Origin: a virus
Taxonomy: Duplodnaviria > Caudoviricetes
DNA: 54,049 nucleotides
Strand: one strand, 5' to 3'
IMG/VR virus record: IMGVR_UViG_3300048011_000299
Coordinates: 1-54,049 of that record
Shown here one piece after another: positions 26,164 through 35,771 of the stretch; positions within the stretch are counted from its first letter, which is position 1, and each line of letters opens with the position of its first letter. A program made the position numbers and the translations under genes. The notes below the pieces were generated by a model. It ran no database searches. It worked only from the letters and a program-made list of their open reading frames with translations, and was not told where the DNA came from.

Positions 26164-28958
26164 AAAATTTCCTCTTCGGTAGGCGACATTAATCCATCTT
26201 CGCCTTCCATAATGGCTTGAGTTGCCATTACCCCTGCCATCAAAGAAAGAACCCAAGGTTTAGCGTTAGCCTTTTTCGCGGCCTTAATAGTTTCGCTAGT
26301 AATTTTCTCATTAAGAAGTAAATCTTGTGCAAAACTTAATGCAGCACCCCTGCCATACTTTTCGGACATTTCCTCAAAGGACATAGCTAAATCTACTATC
26401 TTAGCATCAATCTTTTGCTGAGACCGCCGAGGACTCATTTCAGCTACTTTATAGTCGGCTGAAGAGGGTATTAATCTACCGCCTGATCCTCTAGCCCTTT
26501 GAGCTTCAGACATATCTTGAAGGATAAGGTTCATAGGTATGCCGTCACTATCTACCTTCATAGATTGGCCTACTTTGCCAATAGTAGTGTCGTAAGTGTT
26601 GTGTAATCCTTCTGGAGTAGGGAAGAGACCCCTCTCCATGTCAGGTATAATAAGACGCTCTCCTGCACTGAGCCAATCTTTACCAAACAAATCAGGGTTC
26701 ATAAGGGCCAGCCTTACATCTCCTACATTTGGAACACCTTTCTGTTGAAGGCCGTGTCTGTCTAATCCTTTGATAAGACCTGCTCTTAAAGCTCCTGTAG
26801 GTAGCTCTGCGATATATCTAGCCATATACAAAGGGTCGGCTACCGATTTAAAATCGGAGAAAGGACGAATACGTTCAGATTCAGTCTTCCACTGCTCGTT
26901 TTTAGCATCCCAAATCTTTTCGCCATTGCTGTCGAGCTTAGGTACTTTTTTATCCATACCTATTTTTCTAATATGCTCATCAATGGCTGGTATTGCATTT
27001 GAAGAAATACGTGCTTGCTTAAATAGCTCTCCTATGAGCATTCCTGTATGATCCGCAAAATCTCCAGAGACTTCTGCCATTTGTAAGTACATGAGAAGAG
27101 GATCAGCGCCGTCTTCATCCATTGCCCTTACAATTTCATTATGAGTAGAAGCCATTGCTTGTTGTGCAGAGGCATAGCCGTAGTCCTGCTTATCCATGAA
27201 CTCTACACCAGCCTGAGATTCAACTGGAGTAATAAGCTTATCACCTTGTACCTTAGTGACCGTATTTGCAGAGGTAGGGTCTCCTACTACACTGAATACA
27301 GTTTTACCTTCTAAAGCTTCCCAATTAATTTTGACTGGCTTAATAGTCTGAGTAGATTTTAGTCCTTCGCTATAATGATTTGGAAGCAATGTAGATTGCT
27401 GTGCGGTAAGACCACTAAATTTAGCTCCTGATGGCTTTTTAACTCCTGTAGCAACCTCTTGTGCCGAAACAGTGTTATCTAACTCAGCGGCTATTTTAGC
27501 GCCGTCCATGACGTAGGGTTCCGGTGGACCTTCTCTAGGAGTAGTGAGAGTGGGAAGATCAAAGGCAGAGTCTGTTTGCTGGGCTATTGTAGCAGGTACA
27601 GTACCGGAACTTTTCTTGCGAATAGTTACACCAGCGGCTCCAAGCTTATTATTAACAACCTCAAAATTATCGCCTAAAGTTTCTTGTACATATTCACGCA
27701 GTTCGCTTTGAGTAAAACCTTTTTGATAAGTTCCTGCGGAAGTAATAAGAGACATTGCCTCTGGGCCTGTATCACCTTTGGCGTTTAAAACATCGCGGCC
27801 TCTAGTGGTTATGATGGCAGTGCCGTCTGGCTGTAATATACGGCCAATGTCTTTAACAATTTCATCCCGTGTTTCTTTTGGGACGACATTTAAAACATTT
27901 AGATTGGTAATACGTTTGTAAGAACCCTCTGGTATATCTGCACCGGAATTAAACGTAGGCTTAAAACCTTCACGGGGAAATGGCTCAAAAGTATCATATC
28001 CCAGTTCTCTCTGAGATAGACCTAGTCCAGCACCATAGTCCAAAGTAGAGCCTTCTCCTGATAGATCGGTAAGAAGGGCGTCTGCTTTTTTATATGTGGG
28101 TAATGTACCCGCTATTTGGGTTCTCTGTGAGTTAGAGGCTGGGGGTAGTTCTATTTCAGGTTCATCTATAACTTTACTGATTGCGGAAGGAGACCCCCCG
28201 TCAGGAACCATAGTCAGAGATGTTTCGGGTAACTGGTAATCTAGGAAGGTATTGAACGCGCTATTTTCGTACATATCCCTGCGCTGGGCTTCCCTGAGTA
28301 CATTATCAATTTCAGGCATACTGGTAGGGTCATCAAAAAATTCAGTAAGCTCATCAGCCAGTTCACCATCATACATCTTCTCATCTAAGTTACTTAGCAT
28401 TTGAGAAAAATCTTCATCAGATAATTTGGCTAATGCTTGTGGAGAAAAAATGTCTTCTAGTTGTTTAGATGCCGCAGTTGCTACTTCATCCATCGGAGGT
28501 AGCATTAATGCCGCAGGAGATGCGGCTGCGGCTGCAACAAATTTACGGCGGTCTGGGTTAAAACTGCCACCTAACATGGTTTCTTTAAGTGCTGTAGCTG
28601 CATCGGTTACGTCATCACTGACACTAGCAATTCCTTTAACTAAAGGCTTTGCAACAATTGCTCCTGCTACTGGCAATGCTGCGGCGGCTGTTTCAGTAAC
28701 AGCGTCTAAGTATCTACCTTCTTCAACAGCCTGACCTGCGTCTGAAATTCCTACAACAGGATTTAGTAATTCGTTAGCGGATCGTAGTTTGTCTGGTATA
28801 CCTGTTGGACCCAGATAATAATCTAGGTTCTCATTTATAGTTTTATTAAGTGCCTCAGTTCTTTTTTGACCTGCTTCTTTACTAAAAAAGCTTTCCGTAT
28901 TTTCTAAATCTTCTTCTACCTTCTCATCGCCGCCAAATATGCTCTCGAATAAACCCAT
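26160..28958 (-). CDS. Large multidomain protein with a SAM-dependent methyltransferase-like domain (932 aa)
   Basis: TLDYGAGLG..FEPF..NLNVLNVV..IITTRG..YQKGFTQSEL; between portal and scaffold. Confidence 0.65.
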   Translation of the reverse strand: MGLFESIFGGDEKVEEDLENTESFFSKEAGQKRTEALNKTINENLDYYLGPTGIPDKLRSANELLNPVVGISDAGQAVEEGRYLDAVTETAAAALPVAGAIVAKPLVKGIASVSDDVTDAATALKETMLGGSFNPDRRKFVAAAAASPAALMLPPMDEVATAASKQLEDIFSPQALAKLSDEDFSQMLSNLDEKMYDGELADELTEFFDDPTSMPEIDNVLREAQRRDMYENSAFNTFLDYQLPETSLTMVPDGGSPSAISKVIDEPEIELPPASNSQRTQIAGTLPTYKKADALLTDLSGEGSTLDYGAGLGLSQRELGYDTFEPFPREGFKPTFNSGADIPEGSYKRITNLNVLNVVPKETRDEIVKDIGRILQPDGTAIITTRGRDVLNAKGDTGPEAMSLITSAGTYQKGFTQSELREYVQETLGDNFEVVNNKLGAAGVTIRKKSSGTVPATIAQQTDSAFDLPTLTTPREGPPEPYVMDGAKIAAELDNTVSAQEVATGVKKPSGAKFSGLTAQQSTLLPNHYSEGLKSTQTIKPVKINWEALEGKTVFSVVGDPTSANTVTKVQGDKLITPVESQAGVEFMDKQDYGYASAQQAMASTHNEIVRAMDEDGADPLLMYLQMAEVSGDFADHTGMLIGELFKQARISSNAIPAIDEHIRKIGMDKKVPKLDSNGEKIWDAKNEQWKTESERIRPFSDFKSVADPLYMARYIAELPTGALRAGLIKGLDRHGLQQKGVPNVGDVRLALMNPDLFGKDWLSAGERLIIPDMERGLFPTPEGLHNTYDTTIGKVGQSMKVDSDGIPMNLILQDMSEAQRARGSGGRLIPSSADYKVAEMSPRRSQQKIDAKIVDLAMSFEEMSEKYGRGAALSFAQDLLLNEKITSETIKAAKKANAKPWVLSLMAGVMATQAIMEGEDGLMSPTEEEIL

Positions 28959-29173
28959 TATTCGGCTCCCTTGATTACTTCATCCCGAAGAGTTTCAATC
29001 CGCTTTAACTCAGCGATAGCACCTTGAATTTCCAACACACGGTGGTGATCTTTTATGGTCTCCAAGAGGCTGTGATATTGCCAGATACGTGCGTTGGCGT
29101 AGTCCTTCAGAGAGGCGTACTGATCCTTGTCATTGACTAAGGGTAGGAGACCCTTGAAGAACTGCTTATCCAT
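28958..29173 (-). CDS. Small portal-adjacent hypothetical protein (71 aa)
   Basis: QGAIAELKRI motif; overlaps the portal stop. Confidence 0.65.
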   Translation of the reverse strand: MDKQFFKGLLPLVNDKDQYASLKDYANARIWQYHSLLETIKDHHRVLEIQGAIAELKRIETLRDEVIKGAE

Positions 29174-31320
29174 CACTGTACTGGACCCTGTGGCGCTTGC
29201 TGTGGCTGCGGTGCATTACCCCCGTTGGCTCCCCCACCACCGCCTGTGAAACCGGCTGCGTCAGGCTCTGGGGCTGCTCCTGCGGCTATGTTACCACCGC
29301 CGTTGCCTGTGGGGTCATTGGGTGAGGGTGGTCCACCTTCGGGTGCGGCTCCTTGCGGGGGAACCGGAGGTTGAGGCATAAGTGCCTGAATTTCAGACAT
29401 CATCTTCTGTTGTATAGCGGCCTCACGCGGATCGTTGAGTATCTTGTCCTCATCCAAGTCCATAGAGGACGCAAGCTCACGTAAGATGTAGTCATACTTA
29501 ACAAACGGCTGCATGGATGGATTAGCAGTCATCTGCATGAACTGTAGTAGTCGCTGACTGCGTACCTCATTCCGCATTAGGCTCTCAGTACCTCGCGCCT
29601 TAACGTCGAGGTCTCCGATAAACTCCTTGTCGAAGTTAAACTGCATGTTGAATGCGAATAGGCTCTTACCTAGAGGAGACAGCAAGTAGTCATCAATATT
29701 CCTGACCACTGCCTTGATGTTCTGTGCAGCAGCGCCCATCAGCATAGACATGCCAGACGCTGTACGTCCTACTCCACCAACGGCTCCAGAGCCATGTGAG
29801 TAGCTAGGTATACCGGTGGCCTCATCCGCAAGCTGTCGGCTCTTGTCGAACATCATTAGAAGCTCTTGAGATACGTTAGGGAACTTAGTACCGAAGATGG
29901 CCTGTCCGGGCGCTCCAGCTTGTCTGCGGAACACTTTTCCCGGATACACAGACATATCCTGTCCGGGTACTAAGTTAGTCTCATCTACCTCTATAAGTAA
30001 GTTTCCTGATAGAGCGCCGTTATCTACGGCCATACGCATAAAGCCGTTCATAAGCAGTTGCGTGTCTGTCATGTTCTCAGCTACGCCGATTCCAAAGAAG
30101 CTGTATGGATTTAGCTCATAGGGTACGGATAAGTATGGTATACGGGTAGGAGTAAACGGATTGAGTACTAGACGCAGTATTTGTCCGTTACAGACCCATA
30201 TATTGACCTGTATTTCGTCCTGATCCTTTAATTCCTTGGGGATATCAATATCAGCTTCTTCAGCCAATTCTGCGTCTAATATGCCCCAATATTCGAGTAC
30301 TTCGTAGCGTTCCATAGAAGATGATACTGAATCGTCTTCTAGTGCGTCTTCCCAGTACTCTCGCTGGTAGTCTGCGCCATACTCTACCGCTAATTCGATG
30401 CTCTCTTCGCGGAAGTGAGGACGTTTCTTGAGAGAACGCATCTGAGTGCGGTTCAGGCGGTGTCTCTGTATAGTAAATTCAGCCTCAGACATATTACGGG
30501 CGTCTGGGTCAGGGTAGAAATCCCAAATGCTGACGTATTCCATCTTTGGGATTGTTTCAAACAGCGGATCGTAGTTACCTTCCTCATCCCAGCGGGGATA
30601 TTCCTTGTCCATAGCAAATGGACCTTTAAATACGCCGGTTCCAAAGAGAGTACACTCAAATGCCACTGATCGAAGGTGCTTAGGGGCGTCAGTCTCATCC
30701 AACTGATCGTGCATAAGCTTTTCCATCTTCTGAGCGGCACGTTTAGCTGGCTCAAAGGTAATAGAACCCGGAGTTGAGTTAGCTCCTATTTCTAAATCGT
30801 CTTTTATTGGCTCCAGCCGCTCTTTGTAGAGTCCTAAATCCTTGGCTATGTCGGGTCGAGCGATTGAGACAGGTACTTGGTAGTCTACGTCTACCTTTTC
30901 CTTAACTTTTTCGTCTGTTAGGGCGTTTGGATTGTAGGAAACCTCTCCAGCTACGTTACTGGGGAACTGTCTGGCCTCAATACCAATAGGAAACTTCGAT
31001 CCTGCAAATAATACGTCTACTACTTGGGCATAAGCAGCCAAAACTTTAGTCTTAGTTACCTTAATGAAGGCCTTAGACTTCTCAGTCTCCGTAAATTGTA
31101 CTTCTGAGGAGTATAGGCCACGATAATTACGATAAGAATCCAGCCAACGCTCTTCGTCAGCATATCTGGCGTCTTTTGAGCGGGTATACTGGCTATTAAC
31201 AAAGGCCACTGCCCCAGAATAGTTGATATTTTCCTCTACAACGTCACCGTCTTCGGCAAGAGGTACTGCAATGTCAGTATCTGTAACGTCTTCTGGTAGC
31301 GGTTTGTCCATTAATGCCAT
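29173..31320 (-). CDS. Portal (head-tail connector) protein
   Basis: YRNYRG, TKTKVLAAY, FGTGVFKGP, WDFYPDP, RTASGMSMLMGAA; follows TerL. Confidence 0.9.
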   Translation of the reverse strand: MALMDKPLPEDVTDTDIAVPLAEDGDVVEENINYSGAVAFVNSQYTRSKDARYADEERWLDSYRNYRGLYSSEVQFTETEKSKAFIKVTKTKVLAAYAQVVDVLFAGSKFPIGIEARQFPSNVAGEVSYNPNALTDEKVKEKVDVDYQVPVSIARPDIAKDLGLYKERLEPIKDDLEIGANSTPGSITFEPAKRAAQKMEKLMHDQLDETDAPKHLRSVAFECTLFGTGVFKGPFAMDKEYPRWDEEGNYDPLFETIPKMEYVSIWDFYPDPDARNMSEAEFTIQRHRLNRTQMRSLKKRPHFREESIELAVEYGADYQREYWEDALEDDSVSSSMERYEVLEYWGILDAELAEEADIDIPKELKDQDEIQVNIWVCNGQILRLVLNPFTPTRIPYLSVPYELNPYSFFGIGVAENMTDTQLLMNGFMRMAVDNGALSGNLLIEVDETNLVPGQDMSVYPGKVFRRQAGAPGQAIFGTKFPNVSQELLMMFDKSRQLADEATGIPSYSHGSGAVGGVGRTASGMSMLMGAAAQNIKAVVRNIDDYLLSPLGKSLFAFNMQFNFDKEFIGDLDVKARGTESLMRNEVRSQRLLQFMQMTANPSMQPFVKYDYILRELASSMDLDEDKILNDPREAAIQQKMMSEIQALMPQPPVPPQGAAPEGGPPSPNDPTGNGGGNIAAGAAPEPDAAGFTGGGGGANGGNAPQPQQAPQGPVQ

Positions 31321-31322
31321 AT

Positions 31323-33194
31323 TCAGTATCCAAATGTTGCGTCTGCGGGTCGCCAGACTTGTTGCGGAACGCCGTGGCCCATATCAAAGGGTGAGAATGC
31401 CTTTGGTCTGCTCATAACTGCGTACCTGACGCTGTCGTATGCGTGATCTGAGGCGTAGCGAGGGTCTATATCGTCTGATCCTCTAGGGTCTGCCGGTATG
31501 ACGGGCAGGTCGGCAATGATTTGTCGGCACGTATTGAAGAATTGTATCCCCGGAAGGCCTGTGTCCTCGTCTACTTTAAGGACTTCGTGCAGCCTGTTCT
31601 TGCCAGCTACTCTTGCGCCGTTGGTTCTGTCGCTAGGACGCCAACGTGTACCCTGTGAAATCATCTCTTCAGCTATAGATGGCCCTAGTTGGCCCCGCTG
31701 ATGCCAGCAACTGGAGTCTAGAACTCCGTAGTCTACGCGATCAGAGCCTTCAGCTTCCAGTACAGCCCTAGCCAAGTCTCTTCCGGTATGCTTACTCAGG
31801 TATAATTCCCTGTAGCAGACTAATGTATTATAGCTTGGGTCAATAGCGAACCAATGAACAGCGCTATAAGAACTATATCCGTAGTCGCAGGACCGAAACC
31901 TACGCCAATCAGTTGGTATTTCATACGGCTCAATAACGTGAACCTTTGATCTGAACTCTGAGAATGCCGCTCCGTCTGCAACTGCCCAGTCTCCTTCTAG
32001 TAATTGCCGCCGCTGCATCTCAGGAAGAGATAGCAGGTTAGCCTCGTACTGACCGCCGTCCATCAGGTAGGGGTTATCCTTGAGGCTTGCCGGTATAAAC
32101 CGACGATAGAACAGCGGCTCTCCAGCCTTCTCGTGGCTGTCTGGGTAGACCATGTCCTCGCCGGTCTCTATGTCCTTAGCAACGAACTTTGAGTTGGCTG
32201 GTGCAGGGTCAATGAAGGTACGCTTTACCCAGCCATGTCCACTACCGCCCGGATTGGTAGTCGCCCTCATGTAGATAGGCAGAGTAGGGTCTGTAGTTCT
32301 AAGCCTTGAGCGCATGTAATTCCACGCGAAAGGAGTAGGGTACTGAGTTAGCTCATCGAAGGCCACGTAACTGAAGGCCTGACCCTGATAGCGTAGAACG
32401 TCTTGGTCTCTCTCTAAGTACGTCAGCCAGAGCTTGGCTCCGCTAGGGAACGTCCACTGTGACTTCTTTTCAGCCCACTTAGCTCCTTGGAATGCACGGG
32501 GGTATAACTCCTGAGATTTCCATATAAGTTCCCTAAGCTCGTCATTGGTTCTACGAAGTATTAAGCCGTTGAAGTTAGGGTTGCTGAAGTATCGCATCGG
32601 GTCTGCTAGTAAGCCAAACGACTTACCGCCACCGGCTGCACCGCCGTAGAGTACTTCACGCTCCGAGGCCGCTAGAAACTCTGTCTGTGGACCCTCGTTA
32701 GGTGCGAAGACCACTTCCTGCTTCTGCTTCTCGCTCTCAATCACAGAGAAGTCTAGATTGGCAGTGTCCAACTCCTCGTTAGGCTGTAACTCTGCTAACT
32801 GCTTCTTAGCCATTGTCAGTCTGCGTTTGGCGTCCGACTGCTTGCGCTTGGCAGTTGCTAGGGTCTTCTCTTCCTTAGTCTTCGGCTTACGCTTGCGGTT
32901 ATCCTTGGCAAGCTGCTTCAGTCGCGTGGATGGGTTGTCACTCTTTGGTCCTCTGTGAGCCTTCCAGATGTGTATCAGACCTTGATGAGATATCTTATCT
33001 CCGGTCTTGGACGTTAACCACTCAGCGGCCTTACGGCTGGAGTGACCCTCTTCCAAGTAGTCCATAGCCTCTTCGACTAGAGCGGCCTTCTCCATGTCAG
33101 CTACTACGATTAAGGGATCATGTTCTGACTCCTTGTAGGCGTAGGGTATTTTAGCTGTCTTGTTAGGTCTTGGCTTATCTAACCAGATACTCAA
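31323..33194 (-). CDS. terL: Terminase large subunit with N-terminal extension
   Basis: Walker A YGGAAGGGKS, Walker B YVAFDE, ATTNPGG, LLEGDW, DYGY, DHAYDSVRY. Confidence 0.93.
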   Translation of the reverse strand: MSIWLDKPRPNKTAKIPYAYKESEHDPLIVVADMEKAALVEEAMDYLEEGHSSRKAAEWLTSKTGDKISHQGLIHIWKAHRGPKSDNPSTRLKQLAKDNRKRKPKTKEEKTLATAKRKQSDAKRRLTMAKKQLAELQPNEELDTANLDFSVIESEKQKQEVVFAPNEGPQTEFLAASEREVLYGGAAGGGKSFGLLADPMRYFSNPNFNGLILRRTNDELRELIWKSQELYPRAFQGAKWAEKKSQWTFPSGAKLWLTYLERDQDVLRYQGQAFSYVAFDELTQYPTPFAWNYMRSRLRTTDPTLPIYMRATTNPGGSGHGWVKRTFIDPAPANSKFVAKDIETGEDMVYPDSHEKAGEPLFYRRFIPASLKDNPYLMDGGQYEANLLSLPEMQRRQLLEGDWAVADGAAFSEFRSKVHVIEPYEIPTDWRRFRSCDYGYSSYSAVHWFAIDPSYNTLVCYRELYLSKHTGRDLARAVLEAEGSDRVDYGVLDSSCWHQRGQLGPSIAEEMISQGTRWRPSDRTNGARVAGKNRLHEVLKVDEDTGLPGIQFFNTCRQIIADLPVIPADPRGSDDIDPRYASDHAYDSVRYAVMSRPKAFSPFDMGHGVPQQVWRPADATFGY

Positions 33195-33565
33195 TCGTCG
33201 CTCTTCGGTGGCAGAATAAACATCGCCCCGCCCGTGTTCTTAACTTCTAGCTGCTCTTTCTTAATCAGTCCGGTGCGGTCCAGTAGCTGAGAGGCGGCTG
33301 CAATAGAGTTACGTGCGCCCATAGCCCCCGGATCGTCTAGTACATCAACCATGCTCCACGCTGCCTTAGTGGAGTTCATAGCCATGACCATAGAAGCTCT
33401 CTCGTTAATTTCATTCTTTAGGGCAGATACAACTACGCAGCTATGGGTATTGTCTGCATACCCAGCTACCTTCATAGCCTTCTTGATATTACCCTTACAC
33501 TCCTCAGACATCAGTGCATCTAGGAACTTCAACTGCTTTTCGGTGTATTCCTTCTCAGTCTTCAT
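33191..33565 (-). CDS. terS: Putative terminase small subunit
   Basis: YTEKQLKFLDAL..A.KVAGY HTH-like start, LLDRTG, FILPPK end; overlaps terL. Confidence 0.65.
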   Translation of the reverse strand: MKTEKEYTEKQLKFLDALMSEECKGNIKKAMKVAGYADNTHSCVVVSALKNEINERASMVMAMNSTKAAWSMVDVLDDPGAMGARNSIAAASQLLDRTGLIKKEQLEVKNTGGAMFILPPKSDD

Positions 33566-33837
33566 CCGATAGTCCTCATGTATACGAAGCAAGCGCCGAT
33601 AGATGCCGTGAAGACGATCCACCAAATGCGCTCAAAGAATTGCAGCTTGTGGCCTCTGGACGCAGTAAGCTGATCCAGTTTCACAATACGATCCCACATG
33701 GCCTTTTGCTGATCGTCGATATTATCCATACGCTTAAACACAGTAATCATACGCTCTTCCATTCTGGCGAGAGTTACGACTGCGTTTGAGAGTTTATCCA
33801 ATTTGTCCTCAATTCTAGTGAGGCGTTCATCAGTCAT
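33562..33837 (-). CDS. Coiled-coil protein with C-terminal transmembrane segment (holin/XhlA-like candidate)
   Basis: RLTRIEDKLDKL..LARMEER plus IWWIVFTASIGACFVY. Confidence 0.5.
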   Translation of the reverse strand: MTDERLTRIEDKLDKLSNAVVTLARMEERMITVFKRMDNIDDQQKAMWDRIVKLDQLTASRGHKLQFFERIWWIVFTASIGACFVYMRTIG

Positions 33838-33983
33838 TTTCTTTTAGCTTTTTTAGCAAGACCGCCCTTAGCCATCTTACCTGCCTGAAGGTCTTTGTAG
33901 GTCTTATCGCTGATAGTACTCTTTGACTTAGAACGGCTTGTGCCAGCCTTCTTGCGAGCATTCATATTCTTAACTAAGGACAT
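33834..33983 (-). CDS. Small basic protein (49 aa, not in the ORF track)
   Basis: MSLVKNMNARKKAGTSRSKSKSTISDKTYKDLQAGKMAKGGLAKKAKRK; fills the gap exactly. Confidence 0.7.
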   Translation of the reverse strand: MSLVKNMNARKKAGTSRSKSKSTISDKTYKDLQAGKMAKGGLAKKAKRK

Positions 33984-33987
33984 TTTA

Positions 33988-34254
33988 TTACCACTTCTTA
34001 CATGACCAGTATCTGGCGGTTAGTTTACTCTTGGCTGTGTCACACTTGTGCCTAGCTCTGAATGATTTACGCGCCTTGGGATTGTCCTTACGGATTTCCA
34101 TATTCGGGTCGCCAAAGGTGATGTACTTAACCGTGTCACCCTCTACAGCCAGCACCTCGAACTTCTTAGGGCCACCTCTGCGCGGCTTATTTACCGCCGT
34201 GAAACCATGCCGCTTCTTACCGGCTGCTATCTTCTCTGCTTTAGTCTTTGCCAT
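33988..34254 (-). CDS. Small basic hypothetical protein (88 aa)
   Basis: FGDPNM..RKSFRARHKCD..YWSCKKW. Confidence 0.7.
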   Translation of the reverse strand: MAKTKAEKIAAGKKRHGFTAVNKPRRGGPKKFEVLAVEGDTVKYITFGDPNMEIRKDNPKARKSFRARHKCDTAKSKLTARYWSCKKW

Positions 34255-34515
34255 TTACGCCACCACAAAATCTACTATCTGACCGTCAGGCATTCTCAGC
34301 TTATTGGGGTCAGGATTATACGCATACCGCTGATCGACTAACTTCAGGTTCTCTACGGGTGTATGCTCGTCTATCGGCTGCACTGAGCCAGCTTCACCAG
34401 CTTGGGCTTTCTTCTCTACCTGCTCACCGCGTCCACTTTCAAAGATCACATTAACGTGCGTCTGGAAGGGCATACTAGGCAGCGGGAAGTGGCTTATGAG
34501 AGTTTCACCGGCCAC
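34255..34515 (-). CDS. Hypothetical protein (86 aa)
   Basis: Tightly packed ORF. Confidence 0.55.
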   Translation of the reverse strand: MAGETLISHFPLPSMPFQTHVNVIFESGRGEQVEKKAQAGEAGSVQPIDEHTPVENLKLVDQRYAYNPDPNKLRMPDGQIVDFVVA

Positions 34516-34975
34516 TGAAAGTCCAAGCCCACCAAATTAAACCTGCACACCCAGCGCCTACAATTAGAACCACAATGCACCACTGGAATATGTTTACTAG
34601 AAAGGCTCTGGCTTTGGCTTGCTCCTCAGCCTCTTCCCGCTTACGCACCCGCTCCTGAGCCTGAAACTTTACCCAGTCATCGTAGAGACCCGGACGCCCG
34701 TACAGGCGCATGTGAGACTCAATCTCCTTACGGGCTTGCTTGAGCTTGTCTAGGTGTAGAAACTCCTCAAAAGAGTTCTCGTCTTTACCTAGAGCCGCAG
34801 AGAATAAGCTTCTCTTCTTGCGGTCACCCTGCGCCTTTAGAGTCTCTTCCGCAGTTAAGATTGCTCCTAGCTGCCGCCCCATAGCAGATATATCTTGTCC
34901 ATGCCCGATCAGTGTCTTAACCTGACCGATAGCGGCATTGGCGGCTCCTATAACCGCCAGTGTCTCTGCTATCAT
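34505..34975 (-). CDS. Hypothetical membrane protein (156 aa)
   Basis: GGAGAG RBS; C-terminal transmembrane segment. Confidence 0.65.
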   Translation of the reverse strand: MIAETLAVIGAANAAIGQVKTLIGHGQDISAMGRQLGAILTAEETLKAQGDRKKRSLFSAALGKDENSFEEFLHLDKLKQARKEIESHMRLYGRPGLYDDWVKFQAQERVRKREEAEEQAKARAFLVNIFQWCIVVLIVGAGCAGLIWWAWTFSGR

Positions 34976-34995
34976 CTCTCCCCCCGAAGAAATAA

Positions 34996-35193
34996 CTAGA
35001 TGTGATTTTGTCCTATCGGAAAGCAGTACGGCTTGGCGTTTAGCTCAAGCATACTAAAAACGTACTTAGCTATGCCCTGCATTTCCTGTACGCATTCTCG
35101 CTTAGTCTCGTACAGGTTTTTAGTATTCATCTTAACGTCACAGGTCTTAACGTCTGTCATAGACGAACATACCAGTAACGCACCGATAAACAT
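34996..35193 (-). CDS. Small Cys-containing hypothetical protein (65 aa)
   Basis: Hydrophobic N-terminus, four Cys. Confidence 0.55.
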   Translation of the reverse strand: MFIGALLVCSSMTDVKTCDVKMNTKNLYETKRECVQEMQGIAKYVFSMLELNAKPYCFPIGQNHI

Positions 35194-35336
35194 TACTTCT
35201 TCTTTTTCTTCATAGCCATGCCGCCGTAGCTCATAGCTGGCTTCTTCTTCATAGCCATACCGCCCATAGCAAGCTTAGGCATGGTACGGTTCTTTGCTGG
35301 AGGTACGTCTGCCCCACACTTCTTATCTTTCATCAT
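35193..35336 (-). CDS. Small Lys/Met-rich protein (47 aa, not in the ORF track)
   Basis: MMKDKKCGADVPPAKNRTMPKLAMGGMAMKKKPAMSYGGMAMKKKKK; GAGGAG RBS; TAATG overlap with the next gene. Confidence 0.7.
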   Translation of the reverse strand: MMKDKKCGADVPPAKNRTMPKLAMGGMAMKKKPAMSYGGMAMKKKKK

Positions 35337-35580
35337 CAAACTCCTCTTCTAATAACTCTGGTATGAATCTTTTTGGATCAATGGGAACTTCTACTGAACA
35401 GTCTTCTGTTGCGAAGTATCTCCCGTAGCCGTCGAACTCTTGAGCTAAGGGATTATCCTTCAACTCCTTCTCAGAGATCAGGCCTTCTTCCAGTAGTAGT
35501 CTTCTGATGTGATCGAACTTCAGGACTTGGCCTGTTCGTTCTTGGATGGCTGCACGAATATAGTACAGATTAAATGTCAT
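35323..35580 (-). CDS. Hypothetical protein (85 aa)
   Basis: ORF downstream of the promoter at 35599-35628. Confidence 0.6.
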   Translation of the reverse strand: MTFNLYYIRAAIQERTGQVLKFDHIRRLLLEEGLISEKELKDNPLAQEFDGYGRYFATEDCSVEVPIDPKRFIPELLEEEFDDER

Positions 35581-35598
35581 AATTTAACTAACCCCTTC

Positions 35599-35628
35599 AT
35601 TGTAACATTTTATATAGCCCTTGGTCAA
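35599..35628 (-). promoter_or_regulatory. Sigma70-type promoter for the late/packaging operon
   Basis: Minus strand TTGACC-18 nt-TACAAT. Confidence 0.55.
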
Positions 35629-35661
35629 GGGATTAATTAATCAGCCTGTTAAGTATTTTTA

Positions 35662-35690
35662 TTGACAACTAGCTGATTAATTTGTATAAT
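35662..35690 (+). promoter_or_regulatory. Perfect-consensus sigma70 promoter facing against the local genes
   Basis: TTGACA-17 nt-TATAAT. Confidence 0.7.
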
Positions 35691-35771
35691 GAATTGTCGG
35701 TTGAGCGGTTTACTATATAGATAGCCTACTCTTCCTAGTAATGGTTGGGGTAGTAGTTTACTCTAAGTAAT

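Noticed and set aside
28500-28560. Twin-arginine (Tat) signal DRRKFVAAAAA in the 932-aa protein
   Set aside because: It lies about 135 residues inside the protein, not at the N-terminus, and I see no convincing internal start.
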